A stretch of 62,979 nt of DNA, filler included, from Conidiobolus incongruus B7586 (Eukaryota), in the NCBI GenBank assembly GCA_000697335.1. It is 17 parts of 17 records of this genome, joined end to end, with 100 filler letters (N's around TTAATTAATTAA, not from the genome) between each part and the next. Parts side by side here need not be neighbours in the genome. Positions count along the whole stretch, not along the records: positions 35,099 to 40,850 come from JNEM01004244.1; positions 40,951 to 43,910 come from JNEM01004245.1; positions 44,011 to 52,882 come from JNEM01004247.1; positions 52,983 to 61,697 come from JNEM01004248.1; 13 more parts are not named here. One strand, 5' to 3'. A program made the position numbers and the translations under genes. Numbering within the stretch: position 1 is the first letter of the stretch; every line of letters begins with the position of its first letter. Under the pieces are notes generated by a model that was given only the letters and a program-made list of their open reading frames with translations, was not told the origin of the DNA and ran no database searches. This document shows positions 40,310-55,125 of this stretch, in pieces.

Positions 40310-40850
40310 CTATTTAAAATAGTATGGCTTCCATTTAGTTTGGGGTTTATATATATAGCCTCGTTGATATTGTTGTCGGTCTTGGACCCAATAGTGAAAG
40401 CCTTCAAATCTTGATAAATGGTTATTGAATAGTTCGTAAATTTCTTCCAATCGGAATTCAGGTTGATTTCGATAGAAATTTAGAATTTCGAGATTGGTAA
40501 ATTGGTGAAGATAACGGGGCTGGAAAGTGATGATATCCAAATTAATAAGAGTAAGAGATTTGAGTGTTTGTGCACAGGAATAATAAGCTCGATGAAGCTC
40601 AGTATCGAATAGATTTTCCAAAGCGGGTAAATCTTCATGTATGCCAAACTGTTCTGGATATTGAATTATTAAGGAAATTAATAAAGGGCAATTTCGATAA
40701 ATTGACCTGGCCACAGAAGGGATATTCTTATTGATATTAATATGAAGTTCTTGTAGCTGAGGCATATTTCTCAAAAGATTATCGATCGACCCTGCACATA
40801 AACCGTTAAACTTTAATTCAAATTTCGTAATCCAAATAGGATTCAATAAA
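40310..40850 (-). CDS. C-terminal part of an LRR/RNI-like protein, probably F-box-LRR family; 5' end lost at a gap
   Basis: MPQLQELHI, CPLLISLII, TLKSLTL and FTNLEILNF repeats. The open frame runs into the spacer at 40851 with no ATG at its start. Confidence 0.7.
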
Positions 40851-41076
40851 NNNNNNNNNNNNNNNNNNNNNNNNNNNNNNNNNNNNNNNNNNNNTTAATT
40901 AATTAANNNNNNNNNNNNNNNNNNNNNNNNNNNNNNNNNNNNNNNNNNNNATTATAACATTTAATTATTTATTTTTATTAAAATTAAAATTAAATAATAT
41001 TATATATTAGTTTATATATTAACTATTTTATTTTATTATATTTGATTGTTTAATATAATATTATAAAACATTATAA

Positions 41077-42646
41077 TATAATAATCTAGAAAAATAAGTC
41101 ATAAAATCAAAAACATTTATATTTTTACTAATAATATAATTAATATTTAATGAAAAAAATTTAAATTAAATAATTAAAATCTATTATATTTATTAGTTAT
41201 ATATATCATTAAATGATGATATTAAGCTATTAATTGGTTAAAATATAAACCCTTAAATTTTACCAAATATGAGTTATAAATTTATAGGTTTTTAGTAATA
41301 AAAAATATTAAAATTTAATATATTCACCTTCAACTTTTCTAACTTCTTTAAGTTTGTAGGGTATAGAATCAACTAACTTCTAATACTAAAAAGGGTTAAT
41401 CTTATTCTATACTTCTTAAACATATTTTTAAAATTCATTTAAATTTTTTATTGGGGGGAAAGCTTTAATAGCTTTTTTTAATTAATCCTAAAAATGTTCA
41501 ATTAAAATAAAGTTAAAAGATTAAAGAAGCTACTTCATAACTATTATCTTGTTATTTTTAAGCTATTTAGTAATAAAAGTTATAATATAATAAGAGGTAT
41601 TATCTTATTAGAAAATAACATCAGATTTGTTTAACCCATACCATTCAATGGTTTTTTTAATTTATTATTTAAAATACTTTAATATATCTTAGTATTAATT
41701 CCACCATTAATTTTACAAAGATATCTTATACTTAAAGATAATATATATCCCTAAAAAATAATTAACCTATTATTATACTTTAAGGTAAAATTAACATAAT
41801 TGTTATAAAGTTGTTTTGTATTTTTTTTAAAGCATTTAACTTTTTTATTAAATCTACTAAAGTATATTTTTATTTTATTAAATTAAATAACTTTAAATAG
41901 TTTTGGTTTAATATTAGTAGTGACATTTAAACTCCCACTTATTTTTATAATGGGATTTTTTTAGTTAGGGGTGTTTTTTTTAAAGTGTAAATGGTATTTA
42001 TGTTAATATAAAGTATATATAATAATATTAGTGTTAACTGATATTCTTATATAGTTTTATAATTCCTGCTATATTTTTATAGTAATACTATATTTACTTA
42101 TATTAACTAACTTATAAATATACTTCTTATTATATTGATTTATAATTTTAACACACTTAAGTTTAAGTTTAAATGTTTCATTATTATTATTCTTAACAAC
42201 TTAAACTATAGTAAACTAATTAACACTAGTAATTCTAATAATATTATAAGTTGATTTATAATTTTTATAAAATTAATTAGTATATAAGTAGATTTTTTTA
42301 AAGAGGGATTTAAGTATAATAATATTAATAAAAAGAATTTAATATATTTGTAATATATTATATAAAATAATAACAAAAAGAGAAAAAAGATATGGTTATA
42401 TACTGTTAAATATATTCTTTAATCTTAATAACCTAAAAATTTATAACTTATCTTAGTTAAATATTAAAGGTTAAAATTTTAGCTAATAGATTATTAAATA
42501 TATTTAAATATATTTATTTATTATTAAATAATATACTTTAATTATTCATTATAGTTTCAAGTAATTTAATATATATAATTATTTTAGTTATTAACTAAAA
42601 TATATATATTTTTGATTTTATAACTTATTTTTATAAGTTAGTATAT
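41077..42646 (-). mobile_element. Tc1-family relic, full length
   Basis: Both ends present (taatctagaaaaataagtcataaaa / ttttataacttatttttataagttagtata); colinear with 22176-23750. Confidence 0.9.
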
Positions 42647-43910
42647 TTAATTATTAATTGGTTAAAATATAAATCTTTATATTTTACTTAAGGTAAGTTA
42701 TAAATTTGTGGGTTTTTGGTAATAAATAAAATTAAAACTTAGTGTATCTATCTTTAACTTTTTTAACTTTTTTAAGTTTATAAGGGTATAAAATCAATTA
42801 ACTTTTTATATTAAGAGGGGTTAATCTTGTTCTATACTTCTTAAATATATTTTTAAAATAGATTTAAATCTTTTAATAAGGGAAAAGCTTTAATAACTTT
42901 ATTTAACTAATCTTAAAAGTATTTAATTGAGTTAAGGTTAAAAGATTAAAAAAGCTATTTTATAACTATTATCTTGTTATTTTTAAGTTATTTGGTAGTA
43001 AAAGCTATAATATATTAAAAACATTATCTTATTAAAAAATAACATTAAATTTATATAATTAATATTATTCAATGGTTTTTTTATTTCATTGTTTAAAATA
43101 CTTTAGGACATTTGAATATTAATTCCCCTATTAACTTTATAAAGATAACTTATATTAAAAGATAACATATATACTTAAATAATAATTAACTTACTATTGT
43201 ATTTTTAAATAAAATTAACATAATAATTACAAAGTAGTTTTATATCTTTTTTAAAGCATTTAGCTTTTTTATTAAATTTACTAAAGTATATTTTTATTTC
43301 ATTAAACTAAATAAATTTATTTTAATTAGTTTTAGTTTATCATTAATAATGACATTTAAGCTCCCACTTAATTTTATAATGGGATGTTTTTAGTTAAGAG
43401 TGTTTTTTCTTAGAATATAAGTGATTTCTAAATTAATATAAAATATATATAATAGTATTAATATTAATTAATATTCTTGTATAGTTTTATAATACTTGTT
43501 ATATTTCTATAATAATACTACACTTGCTTATATTAATTATCTTATCAGTATATTTTTTATCATATTTATTTATAACCTTAATATACTTAAATTTAAATCT
43601 AAATGTATTTTTATTATTATTCTTAATAGCTTTAACTATAGTAAATTAACTAACACTAGTAATTCTAATAATATTATAAGTTGATTTACCTTCTTTATAA
43701 AGTGAATTAATATATAAATAAATTTTTTTTGATATAGATTTAAGTATAATAATATTATTAAAAAAATTAATATATCTATAAAATGTTATATAAAATAATA
43801 ATAAAAAGAGAAAAAGGATATGATTATATATTATTAAATATATCCCTTTATCTCACAATACCATAAATTTATAACTCACTTTAATTAAATATTAATAGTT
43901 AATATCTTTG
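42647..43910 (-). mobile_element. Second Tc1-family relic directly abutting the previous one; outer part of its TIR missing
   Basis: Starts at attaattggttaaaatataaa, which lies ~150 bp inside the TIR of intact copies (cf. ~41230). Colinear up to the gap. Confidence 0.88.
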
Positions 43911-46900
43911 NNNNNNNNNNNNNNNNNNNNNNNNNNNNNNNNNNNNNNNNNNNNTTAATTAATTAANNNNNNNNNNNNNNNNNNNNNNNNNNNNNNNNNN
44001 NNNNNNNNNNATATAATAATTATAACTTAATTTAATTAAAATAAAAATATTTCACTAAAGTTTATTAAAATCTAACCAATAAGAACTATATATTTATATT
44101 TTAAAAAATTCTCTAAGTGAAAATATCAAAGAAGGCTAACATATTTAATATATTAATTAAAATATAATATATATGATTATAATTATTTTGGATAATAAAA
44201 AATAAAGTTATAGAAAAAATTGATATAAAAAATTTAAATTGATTTAAAGAATTAAATTTAAGTAATTAATAAATAATTATCCATTAAGTCTTAGAAAATT
44301 ACCAAAGGTATGGTAATGAGTTATTAATAATAAAAGGGAATTTGATTTTATATTATATACCTTTTAAACCATATATTGATATTTTTACTTAATTTTAATA
44401 ATAAATTTTGCCGTTACTTAATTTCTATATTAATATATAACTTAATTTACTTCTCTTAACATCAATAGTTTGTAAAGTCTTTTTTAAAGACTAATTATAA
44501 AGTGTGCACAATATAATTAATTTATTTCTTCAAAACATTGAATCTTTATCTTTAAATTACTAAGCGCTATACTAATAATAAAGTTTATGACCAACAAATA
44601 TTTACTTCTATAATATGTTACAATATCCACTTAAATCAATAATCAAGTCGTCAATATTTTAAATATTGAAAATACATATAATATTAGTGTATTAATTCAT
44701 ATATATTTATCTTATATTTCAAGGACAAGATTTAATAATATTAATTCAAACTATTTAATATATACATAAATTGATACAAATTATATTTTTGAAATATATT
44801 TATAATAAATCTTGTTAATAATATTGATTTTATTTTATACCAATTAATAAAAAAATTTGAAAAAATTCTCAATCAAAACTGGATCTAATGAGAATAATTT
44901 CTAATATTAATTATTTAATAGTTATGGTTGAAGACCTTGACTAGTATATAGGCCAGTAAATTATAAGAATAAAATATTATAAGAATAAAATATCATAAGC
45001 ATTAATTTGGAAAAAAAAGCCTTATTCTATTATTTAGGTTATAATTTAAATATTGTAATCCTAAATATTATTTATTTAGATTGATGCTGAAGAAATTAGA
45101 AAATTTGAATATTAAACTTGTTAATAATATAAGTAAAAAATAATTGCAATAAAGAAAATTAGATTTATTTTATAATTTCATTATGGTATTTATTATAAAA
45201 GGATGAAATTACATCAAATATAATATATTATGTTCATATTTCAAAATTGGATCTCTATCGTTCAGAGAGGCAGATTTTGATATCATTAATTCAAATAAAT
45301 TGATTTCTATTCAAGCCCAATCCACTCGCTAAAAATAGCCAAGTAATAATAAAATTTATTTAAAACGTTTAATTATTGAAATCATTTTGATTTTGAAAAA
45401 GTTGGTGAAAATACTGAAATATATTCAAATCAAATTCTATCAATTGTAAATATGTAAAAAACAAGTGTATTAATTAAAAAATATCATCATTTTTATAAAT
45501 GGACCTGATTAATATTATTTGTATTAATGATGTTAATTAATCAATATATACAAGTTGTAATGTTGATTTTGACATAATATCAATTTTACTCTCATTAAGA
45601 AAATATGTATATTTTAAAGAATTCTGGAGCGATTTAACTTTGATTTCCATATTAAAATTGATATATGATCATTTATTAATAAAGAAACTTGAATTATTAT
45701 AATTAACTTCCTAACTTTAATAAAAAAATTCTCAAGAAAATGATTGGATATTATTATAATTGTAGGATAATTTTAATTAATTCAAATACACCTCGATGTT
45801 TGAGGGAATAAGAGTATTATTAACATCTTTGACCCTCAAATCGAGTTAAATAATTACTCTAATTCATCAGAATTGCAGTTCTAATTTAGATTATTTTAAT
45901 ATAAAATCCTTGATGATGTCATAAAAGGTTAAAAAATTACATCCGCAATTAAATTTGTTCTTATTTGGAAATTTATCAATTAAAATTTATGCATTAAATG
46001 GGAAAATGATATTAATATTTTCAAACGTAAACTCAATACTTTTCCAACCATAGAAAATTTAAAAGTCGAATAATTTTCATTAATTTAAAGATAAAATTTT
46101 GTGAGTTTTGTGTAATGATTAATAACAAATTATTAAAAATATTAAATTTATAAAAAAATTAATTATTTATTTTATTTGATAGAATTATGAGTTTAATTAT
46201 CTAGATAACTTTGGTTTAAAAAATTTTAAACCTTGTATTTGTTATCACATTATTTGATTTGAATTAATATAAATCAACCAATTAATGAGAAATTATGATC
46301 ATTGAAAAATTAATTAAATGGTAAATAAAATATCAATATTTGATGCAATTGATAAAAGAAACAATGATCATAATTGAATATTATTGAAAGCAAGTACAAA
46401 TATGATTAATTATTAGTTATATTATATGAAGGTTAATAATATATTGATCTTAGAAGGAAAGATTAAATAAATTCTGGAAAAGAAAAATATATTATAAGAT
46501 TATATAAGCATTAGTCTTGAAATAATAGGATATTTGGTTAAAGTGGAATTATTGTGATATAATTAATAGTTTATATATATCTTACGTGATGTAAATTTTT
46601 ACATTTACCAGATATTATAGACTAAAAAACATTTTTTAATCTTGAATTTCAACGATATGTAATTTGGTAAAATACTAAAAAAATTTCCTAGATAGTTATT
46701 TAACAGCTGTAAACTTAATTTGATTTTTTATTGTATTAATAGTTATTATTAATTTCGATATTAAATAAAACTATAAACACACAATTACTAGACCCCTAAT
46801 ATTAAGGAATTAAATATAAATTCAATTAATGGTTACTTTGATTATGATCTAGAAAAAGGTCGGGTCTATATAATATTAATAAAGCTAAGGGTTTTTTCAT

Positions 46901-47202
46901 TCCTAAAGTATTACTATTATATTTCATAACTTTATTTGATATCTCATATTAATTATGAAACTAGAGTTCTGGTTTAAAATTATTTTAAAAATCAAACATA
47001 ATTATGCTAATGATTTTGTTTGATGATATATTCTAACACATTTGAAAGTTTTTCTGATATATTTTATCCTTTTCTATTTGTTATTAAGCATTTATGGATA
47101 ATAAAGCTTCGTCGTTCATTTAAACACTGGTAGTACCTAATATGGAGTTGAATTATAATATGTATAAGTGTAACTCATTAAATAATAGTATTAAATACAT
47201 AA

Positions 47203-47277
47203 AATAATAATAATAATAATAATAATAACAATAATAACAATAATAACAATAATAACAATAATAACAATAATAATAAT
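47203..47277 (+). repeat. Compound microsatellite (AAT)n/(AACAATAAT)n
   Basis: Seen directly; lies ~400 bp upstream of the homeobox ATG. Confidence 0.95.
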
Positions 47278-47681
47278 TGTAATGTGTCAAAAGCTATCAA
47301 AGAATAATATTTTTTAATGCTCTAATTTTTTAATTTTGAAACATTCAAATATTACATTTTTAGTAGATAAAAATATTTGATATTAAAAAATTAAAAAAAT
47401 GGGATTTACTATTTTTAGTAATATATTATTTTAACTATATATTTTCAAGTCGAAAAAATTTGACAATTTGGGTTATTTTATTCAAAAACTTGAAACCGGT
47501 TTAAATTGTAATTAAATTTGTCTATTCAAATTTACAAAATTATTATAAAATTATAAATTTACTTTGTTAAATGGAGTTTTACTTCATATTATTCTATACT
47601 CTCTCTTTCTCTTTTAACTTTAACTTAAAATTAATTAATTATTTCTTATTATTTTAATTGATTAATATATTATTTTATTTT

Positions 47682-48230
47682 ATGTCACCTAGATCTAGCC
47701 AAAAGACAAGAACTAGAATTAAGTTTGATCCAGGTCAAATAGAAGTATTGGAGAGCTCTTTCCAAAAGAACTCTAAACCTGATCAAGTAGAGCAAAATAA
47801 CATCGCTTCTGCCACTGGTCTCCCTCTTAAATCAGTGCAAATATGGTTCCAAAATAGAAGAGCAAAAGCTAAGTCTGTTGGCGAAAAAGTTGAAGTCAAC
47901 TATAAGTGGGTTAACTATGACGAGTCATACTCTTTTGAACTCAATACCACCCCTCGTCCTCCACCTCCAGATAATATCCATGCAAGTACTGTTAATGATA
48001 ATATATCTAAGCAGTCTAAAAGTAAGGATTCATTATTCATATTTAGACTATATTCAGTTTTGAACGATATATCTAACAAACTTGTTATAGCTTTAGTTCC
48101 AACGAATATCCCGACTGATATCCAATATCAAAGTCAAGATATAGATTCAATTATCTCTTATTTGGATGATATTGGTAATCAGTTTATCGAGATAGATGAA
48201 CAAAAAGCGCATTTTATCCGTAACAATTAA
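47682..48230 (+). CDS. Small homeodomain transcription factor; probable intron 48022-48090
   Basis: RTRIKFDPGQIEVLESSFQKNSKPD..IASATGLPLKSVQIWFQNRRAK. First ATG is at 47682. GTAAGG..CTAAC..TAG defines a 69-nt in-frame intron. Confidence 0.9.
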   Translation: MSPRSSQKTRTRIKFDPGQIEVLESSFQKNSKPDQVEQNNIASATGLPLKSVQIWFQNRRAKAKSVGEKVEVNYKWVNYDESYSFELNTTPRPPPPDNIHASTVNDNISKQSKSKDSLFIFRLYSVLNDISNKLVIALVPTNIPTDIQYQSQDIDSIISYLDDIGNQFIEIDEQKAHFIRNN

Positions 48231-51200
48231 TATTTCATCCAAATATTATATTGAATTATTTAATTACTATTCAAAATCTATCAATTCACCATTTGCTTCA
48301 AAATATACATGAAAATGAATTAATTTTTTTACTATTGTAATATCTTCTGGTTTTTCATATTTTATTCTTTTGAATTAATATTAATCAGATTTATATTTAA
48401 TTACAAAATATATCTACCTGTTTAATTGAATTTTTTTATTCTATACTAATATTCAACAATGTTAATTAAATATTTCAAATGAAATGTTTCAATAACTGTT
48501 CTATATAAAACGTTTATGTCAAAATATTATCACGCTATTATTAATTATGAAAGGTGAATTTATTAGCCATATTAAAATTTAAAACTTAAATTATTACATC
48601 ATTCAATAGGTAAATTTGAAACTATGTGAAATGATTATGAAATCATCTAATTTACTTTTTCAAAATTGTTTCTATGGTCTTAAATTGTTTTTGAAAATGT
48701 ATTCATTATAAATGCGAAATATGATTAGGATATCGGTTCAAATTTGATAAGTTCAATTTTTGCTTTGATTATATACATATCAAGATTCAACTCTATTGCT
48801 GTTTTATATTATTATTAGAAATGATACTAATAGTGTATATATGGCACCTGTCATTAAATTGAATATATATTACTATTTTACTCTCATTGAAATATGTTTG
48901 ATTACTTATATATCTCTGAAATACATTTTAATTACATTTGATTTTCAAGAATATGGATATTAATTTAAAAATAAATTATTTGTATTTTATTTAATTGCTG
49001 ATTTTGCAGTTAACAGTTCTCAAAGCCAAATTTTATACAGAATAAATAAGAAAGTTTAGATTTAAAAATTTATACTCATTTTTACCAATTTGATATTATA
49101 TCTATTGATATTTATACGAAATATTGATCTACAAAGGTCTTTAATATTATTTGAACTTAACCACAAGCCCTTTAAACTTCTATCAAAATATATTAATAGT
49201 TTATAAAATTAACATATTACCAAATATTACTAACTATAGCTTAATAATTTTCACTTCAGAAAGCAAATTATTTAGGACTTAGTAAAACATAAAGAATATA
49301 GTTTCTAATATGAGTTTCCTAAAAAGATGCATAATAAATAAAATAAATTATATTTCACCCCTTTAATTAATGTAAAATAATCAAAATATTTTGATTCAAA
49401 TAAATATATTAAAAATATATTAATGCTTAATTTTATTATATTAATAAAATTCTAAAATTAATATATTAAAATTAAAAATATATATTATTCAATATAAATA
49501 GCTATATTTAAATGAGACCAAGTAAATATTGCTATAAATCATAGCTTTTATAGAAAAATATTCTAATTAACCAAATATTTTTACTTATCTGGTAAATTTC
49601 TTAATTGAAAAACGAATTAAAATGCTTAAAAGACTTACCTTTATAAATATCTTCAAAAGAATATCTCAGTTATAAAATATAATAAAATTATTTTAATAAT
49701 GTATAATATTGCATATTTCTTTTATTTAGTTCTCAAAGTTAACATAATTATAAATAAACTTAAAATTTTTTTATTAACATAATCTCCGAATGTTGTTCTT
49801 AATATTACTTAAGGGTTACTATTATAATACAGAACATCTGTGAAATATAAAAACTTACACTAATTTTAAATTCTATTAGATAAAGATAAAAGAAGTTATT
49901 TGCTTCAATATACTGACTATTTAATAAGCCTTAATAATTTAGTTATTTTGGCCAATATAAAATATCCTTGAGAGGAAGTAAACTAGAATATAAACACTAA
50001 ATTAGTATATGAATTATCAAATTATATATTTAATACAAAAAATTAATAATAATTTATTTCATATTTATCAAAAATATAGCAAGAAACAATAAAATTCAAA
50101 GAAAAATATGAATTTTATATTAAAAGTTTATTGAAAAATAATTCAATTAATTTCTATTATTATATCTTAAAATTTTAATATTAGAAAAATAACTGATTTA
50201 AGTAATATAATATTATATAACCAATAGATCTAATATATTGAAGAATCAATATATATATACATATATTCAATTTATTATTATTGCCATTTTGCTTATTTAT
50301 CTATATTATATTATATTCCTAGATAAAATAAAAATATCTTCATTATTTTAAATATTAAATATATTAATGGTAAATACAATATACTCTCTTAGTGCTAGGA
50401 ACTGGGATTATTATATTAAATCAAGCTTGAGTGTTGATAACTTATATTATTTCGATATAATCTATTTAGAGTTTTATTTGAAATTTAATTATAAAGATTT
50501 ATTCTAATTTCCTTAAGCTAGAAAAAATATATCTTTCCCCCTCTATATAATGGAATAAGAAATAATAAATTTGAATGAAAATAGAATAAAAGGTAAATTA
50601 TGGGCAAATTGAAATAAAAAGGTAAAGATATAAGGAATAATTGAGTAAGAACATGTCATACAATTAATAGTGTTAATTCCTTTATTTACAGAGTTTCACA
50701 TTAAAATAAACACTCCCTATTATTTTCAATTAGGTTATATTAGATCTATTTTTAATATTTTTTATACCTAAAATACTAATATGAAAATAGTAATAATATT
50801 ATTTACTATATAGTTATTTCTCAACCAGTATATATATTTGATATTTAGTAAATTATATTTACATATTTGTCAATTATAATTAATTCAAATTAACATAATA
50901 AAATATTTATAATTTCATAAATTATAATTTTAACTGATAACTTTAAGCTTTATTAATTCAAATATTGGATAACGTTAATCAATGTATCTTTTAACTTATT
51001 AGATTTAGCCTTATTTAACTATTTTATATATCTAAAATTGATAAATTTCAAAATTTGAATTATTCTAAAATAAATATAAGAATAAAATGATTTGCTTCTA
51101 TATATAGTCAAGCTACCTAGTTATATATAACCTTTAAATAAAGAGATATTTTTACTTTCAAGAAACATATTTATTTCAATGATTTCTTCAAACCTAGTTT

Positions 51201-54200
51201 ATTATTTTACTATTAACAACCTATTTATTAAGGAATGAGATTTAAAATATTATTACCAGTATTCTATGCACCAAAAATTATTTGGTTTTGGTATCACTTA
51301 AATGAAAGATTTTATGCAATCATACTCGGATTATTATTTAATATATAATAAAACCTTTTATTTAATATTTCTCACTTTATATTTAATTGGAAATATTTTT
51401 AAATATAATATTGCTTATTATTCTTTTAACTCAAATTTCGGACAAATTAAATCACCAGAAAAATCTTAATAATAATAAATTCAAGAGTTGGAAACAAAAT
51501 AAGAGTTATAATTGAAAATGATTAATATGAAAATATAATAAATTAAAATCGTGGACAGGAATTCATATTCTCATTCTTATCATTATAATAGAGCATTATA
51601 TAAAAAATATCTTTTAAATATTGTGTTATATTAAATTAATAGAGCATTATCATTTTTTAATGAAATCTTTTATAATTATGCTTTGATATCTGATATGAAT
51701 TAATTTCTATCTTTTTTAGTTGCAATTTGAAATATATAACTCAAATTATATCAATCACCATTATTTTAGTCTACATATTTAATACAAGATTAGTCATTAG
51801 AATGTTAAATGTTCCAAATTGAATGATATATATTAATTGTTAATTCATATAAATTAGTTACACAAATTAAATGTATTTTTGAGGAATTTTCAATTATTCC
51901 GTTCCAAAACAGGCCTTTCTGAAATAAAATGATCCATTATTTTAATTTAATTACTATATGTAGTCTAATTTTGTCCATAAGATCTTGCTTAATTACAACA
52001 CCAAATGTGTTATAAAAGGATATTTAAATATATAATCTATTTGAATTGGTTCCGGAAATAAACAAAACTTTTATCTAGCTTAGGAAGATATATCATAGTA
52101 TAAATTTAATAATTTGAACCTATTTGAAATTAAAATTTATTGGATTGTGTTGAATTATTAACACCTTTAAAACCAATTCCATGAGAATTCAAGTAGACTA
52201 ATGTTAAATTTAATTCTGTTTAATATATAATTTTCAATTCCTTTTATTGCCAAATTATTTTACCAATTATCCGAATTTACATGTTTCAATTTAATATTTT
52301 GAAAATTTAATCTATTTTTATTATGTAAAATTATATAATAATTGACACATTAATAATTTTTGATATAATATGAAATTAACTATATGGTTAAATAAATATT
52401 ATAAAATATAATTATACTAATGAATTGGTAATTAGTTCAATATCAACTGATTGATATTTTAATAAAGATATGTATATATCTTTTGAAATAGATAATGAAT
52501 GTCTTTGTATATGATTGGATTATATTATTGACGTAAAATAATATATTATATTTCTTTTGCTTATAATTTGTTGACTTAGTTTTATAAATACCTAATAATA
52601 TATTCTTAATATAAATCATATTTTATTGATTAAAATTTCTAATTATTAAATTTTAACTATGTATATAATATGATATAATTTAATATATATTACTATGGAT
52701 TTGAAATAATAAGACCTTTTTGAGATTAAAAATAAATGAATATTTTAATATATAATATGGAAAATAAATATAATATAAATTTAATATTTTTCATTATTAT
52801 TAATAATTTTTTGATTTATTTTTAATTAATTTTTATTATTTCAAAAATATATCTTAAAAACCAAAATAAGATATTTTGCAAANNNNNNNNNNNNNNNNNN
52901 NNNNNNNNNNNNNNNNNNNNNNNNNNTTAATTAATTAANNNNNNNNNNNNNNNNNNNNNNNNNNNNNNNNNNNNNNNNNNNNTTTATTCAATAAATACTC
53001 TCATTAGTAAAAAATCAATTAATTTTATTTTACTATAGTTGATTAATATTTCTTTATTTTAAACTAAATATATAAATTATTTATTAAAAATTTAATAATC
53101 ATTCACAAATATATCAAATGTCAAAAATTAGCGATAATTATTAAATATATATTTATATATATATATAGTGTATTAAAATTTTATTCTATACAGGTGAAGT
53201 ATATTGACCTAAATTTAATATTTTGTTTATCATGTAGTTTTCAGAACTTTGAATATTTTTAAATAAATTATAAATATTTGAATTAATAAGTATATTAATT
53301 TAATTAATAATCTCAACTTTATTAATAATATATAAATATTGCAACTAAAATTAAATTCGATGTTGATATTATTAAATTCATATTAATAAATATTTATTAC
53401 TTTTAGACTATTTTTTATAGATTTGTTAAACAATAAATATAATATAATTATAAATATAAATATAAATTAATTAAGAGTAAACTTAAATATAAAATAAATT
53501 CAATAATTAATTTTTTGTATTATAGATTTTAAGTATTTATGAATATGTTTATAAAGTAAAATATATTAGGTTTGAAATAATTCAAATTTAATATTAAATA
53601 ATATTATCAAGTGCTATTTTATTTCCTTTAGACGTATTAGTTTAATTAAATATTGAATCATATATTATGTATTTTTATACCGTCATAATATTGTTAATAG
53701 AATATAAATGATATAAAATTATATATTAAAAAATATATACCAAGATATATGAACATTCAAGTTATTGTTGTTTATTTGTATTTCTTAAATAATTTGTAAA
53801 ATTAGAATAAATTGAATCAAATAGCTATTAAATGAAATACACAATAAAAATCTTATAATTATAATATTTAAATTAATCAACAAAGATTTTAAATTATGTA
53901 AACAATTTAGCATACCTTAATAATATTATTCAAAATTATGAAAATTATTTAATTTCTAGTAAATTAATTTGAATAATAATTATAAAAATAATATTTTAAT
54001 ATTGGAAAAATATTTATAAAATAATTAAATCATTAGGAGTTATTTAACTTATTATTTTTAATATTAACAGGATATTATTTAAAAAATTTATAATATTTTG
54101 AATTCATATTTATATCAACTAACAGGTATATTTTATTGAAAAAACTGTATATTTAAAAATAAATTTAGAGAGAAATAAATATATTACCTAATAAATTTAA

Positions 54201-55125
54201 TATTTTCAAATTGAATTGAAAATAATAACTATAATTTTTTATTTTTAATAATAATATGAAATTTCCAATTTAAAATATATTGATATTAATTTATCACATT
54301 TTTTATTATAAATTAATTTCAAAATTTCAAATATCTAAATGAAATTTTATTATTAATTTAATAAATTTTTACAATATATTCATGAATATGAGGAATAAGG
54401 TAAAATGGTTGATTAGTTACCTCCCAATAAAGTGAGTATATTTTTTAAAAAAAGAATAATTCATATCAATAAAACGCAAAAATTTGTAATAAAAATTAAT
54501 TAGTATAATTTCAAAATTATTTTTTTTATAAAATTTATAAAATTATTGATATTTAAAATTTTTTATATGCGTTTTTTGCTAATATTGAAGCCATAATCAA
54601 ATATAATCTTGATTATTAAGTAAATTGTGAATCAATTTTAACCAATAAATAATAGAATTATAGTAATTATCAAATAATCAGTTAATATTCGGACGACTTA
54701 CTCGATAATTGACTCGATGATAAATTTAAATGATTCGTTTTCTGAGTTTTTTCAGTATTACCACAGTCTAAATTCTGGCAAAGGTGGAGATGCTTCAGTC
54801 AATTTGAGATTGATCAATGCATCAATGTCATTGGAATCCCTAGAATGTAGTATAGGATTACAGTCAGAATAAAGTATTTGGGTTTAGGAGTTGTCTGATT
54901 CTTTTATATAGTCGCAGTTTTCTAAATTGATAACTATAGGATTAGAAGTGAAATGTTGTAATTTTGACGATGTACTTGAGAATTGGGATCAATGTTATTA
55001 TCTTCAGTTTGAAATTTGGTTTTAATTGGAGATTTTTTGAGCAAGATTTGGAATTTTTAGGGGCTGGTGAAGAATTTGGTTGAAATTCTAACTTAATGAA
55101 TTTGTTTTACAAGAATCGTCGCCTT

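Noticed and set aside
47682..48230. Homeodomain gene as a mating-type (HD1/HD2) locus
   Set aside because: No divergent partner homeodomain gene or known MAT-flanking genes, and no N-terminal dimerisation region before the homeodomain.
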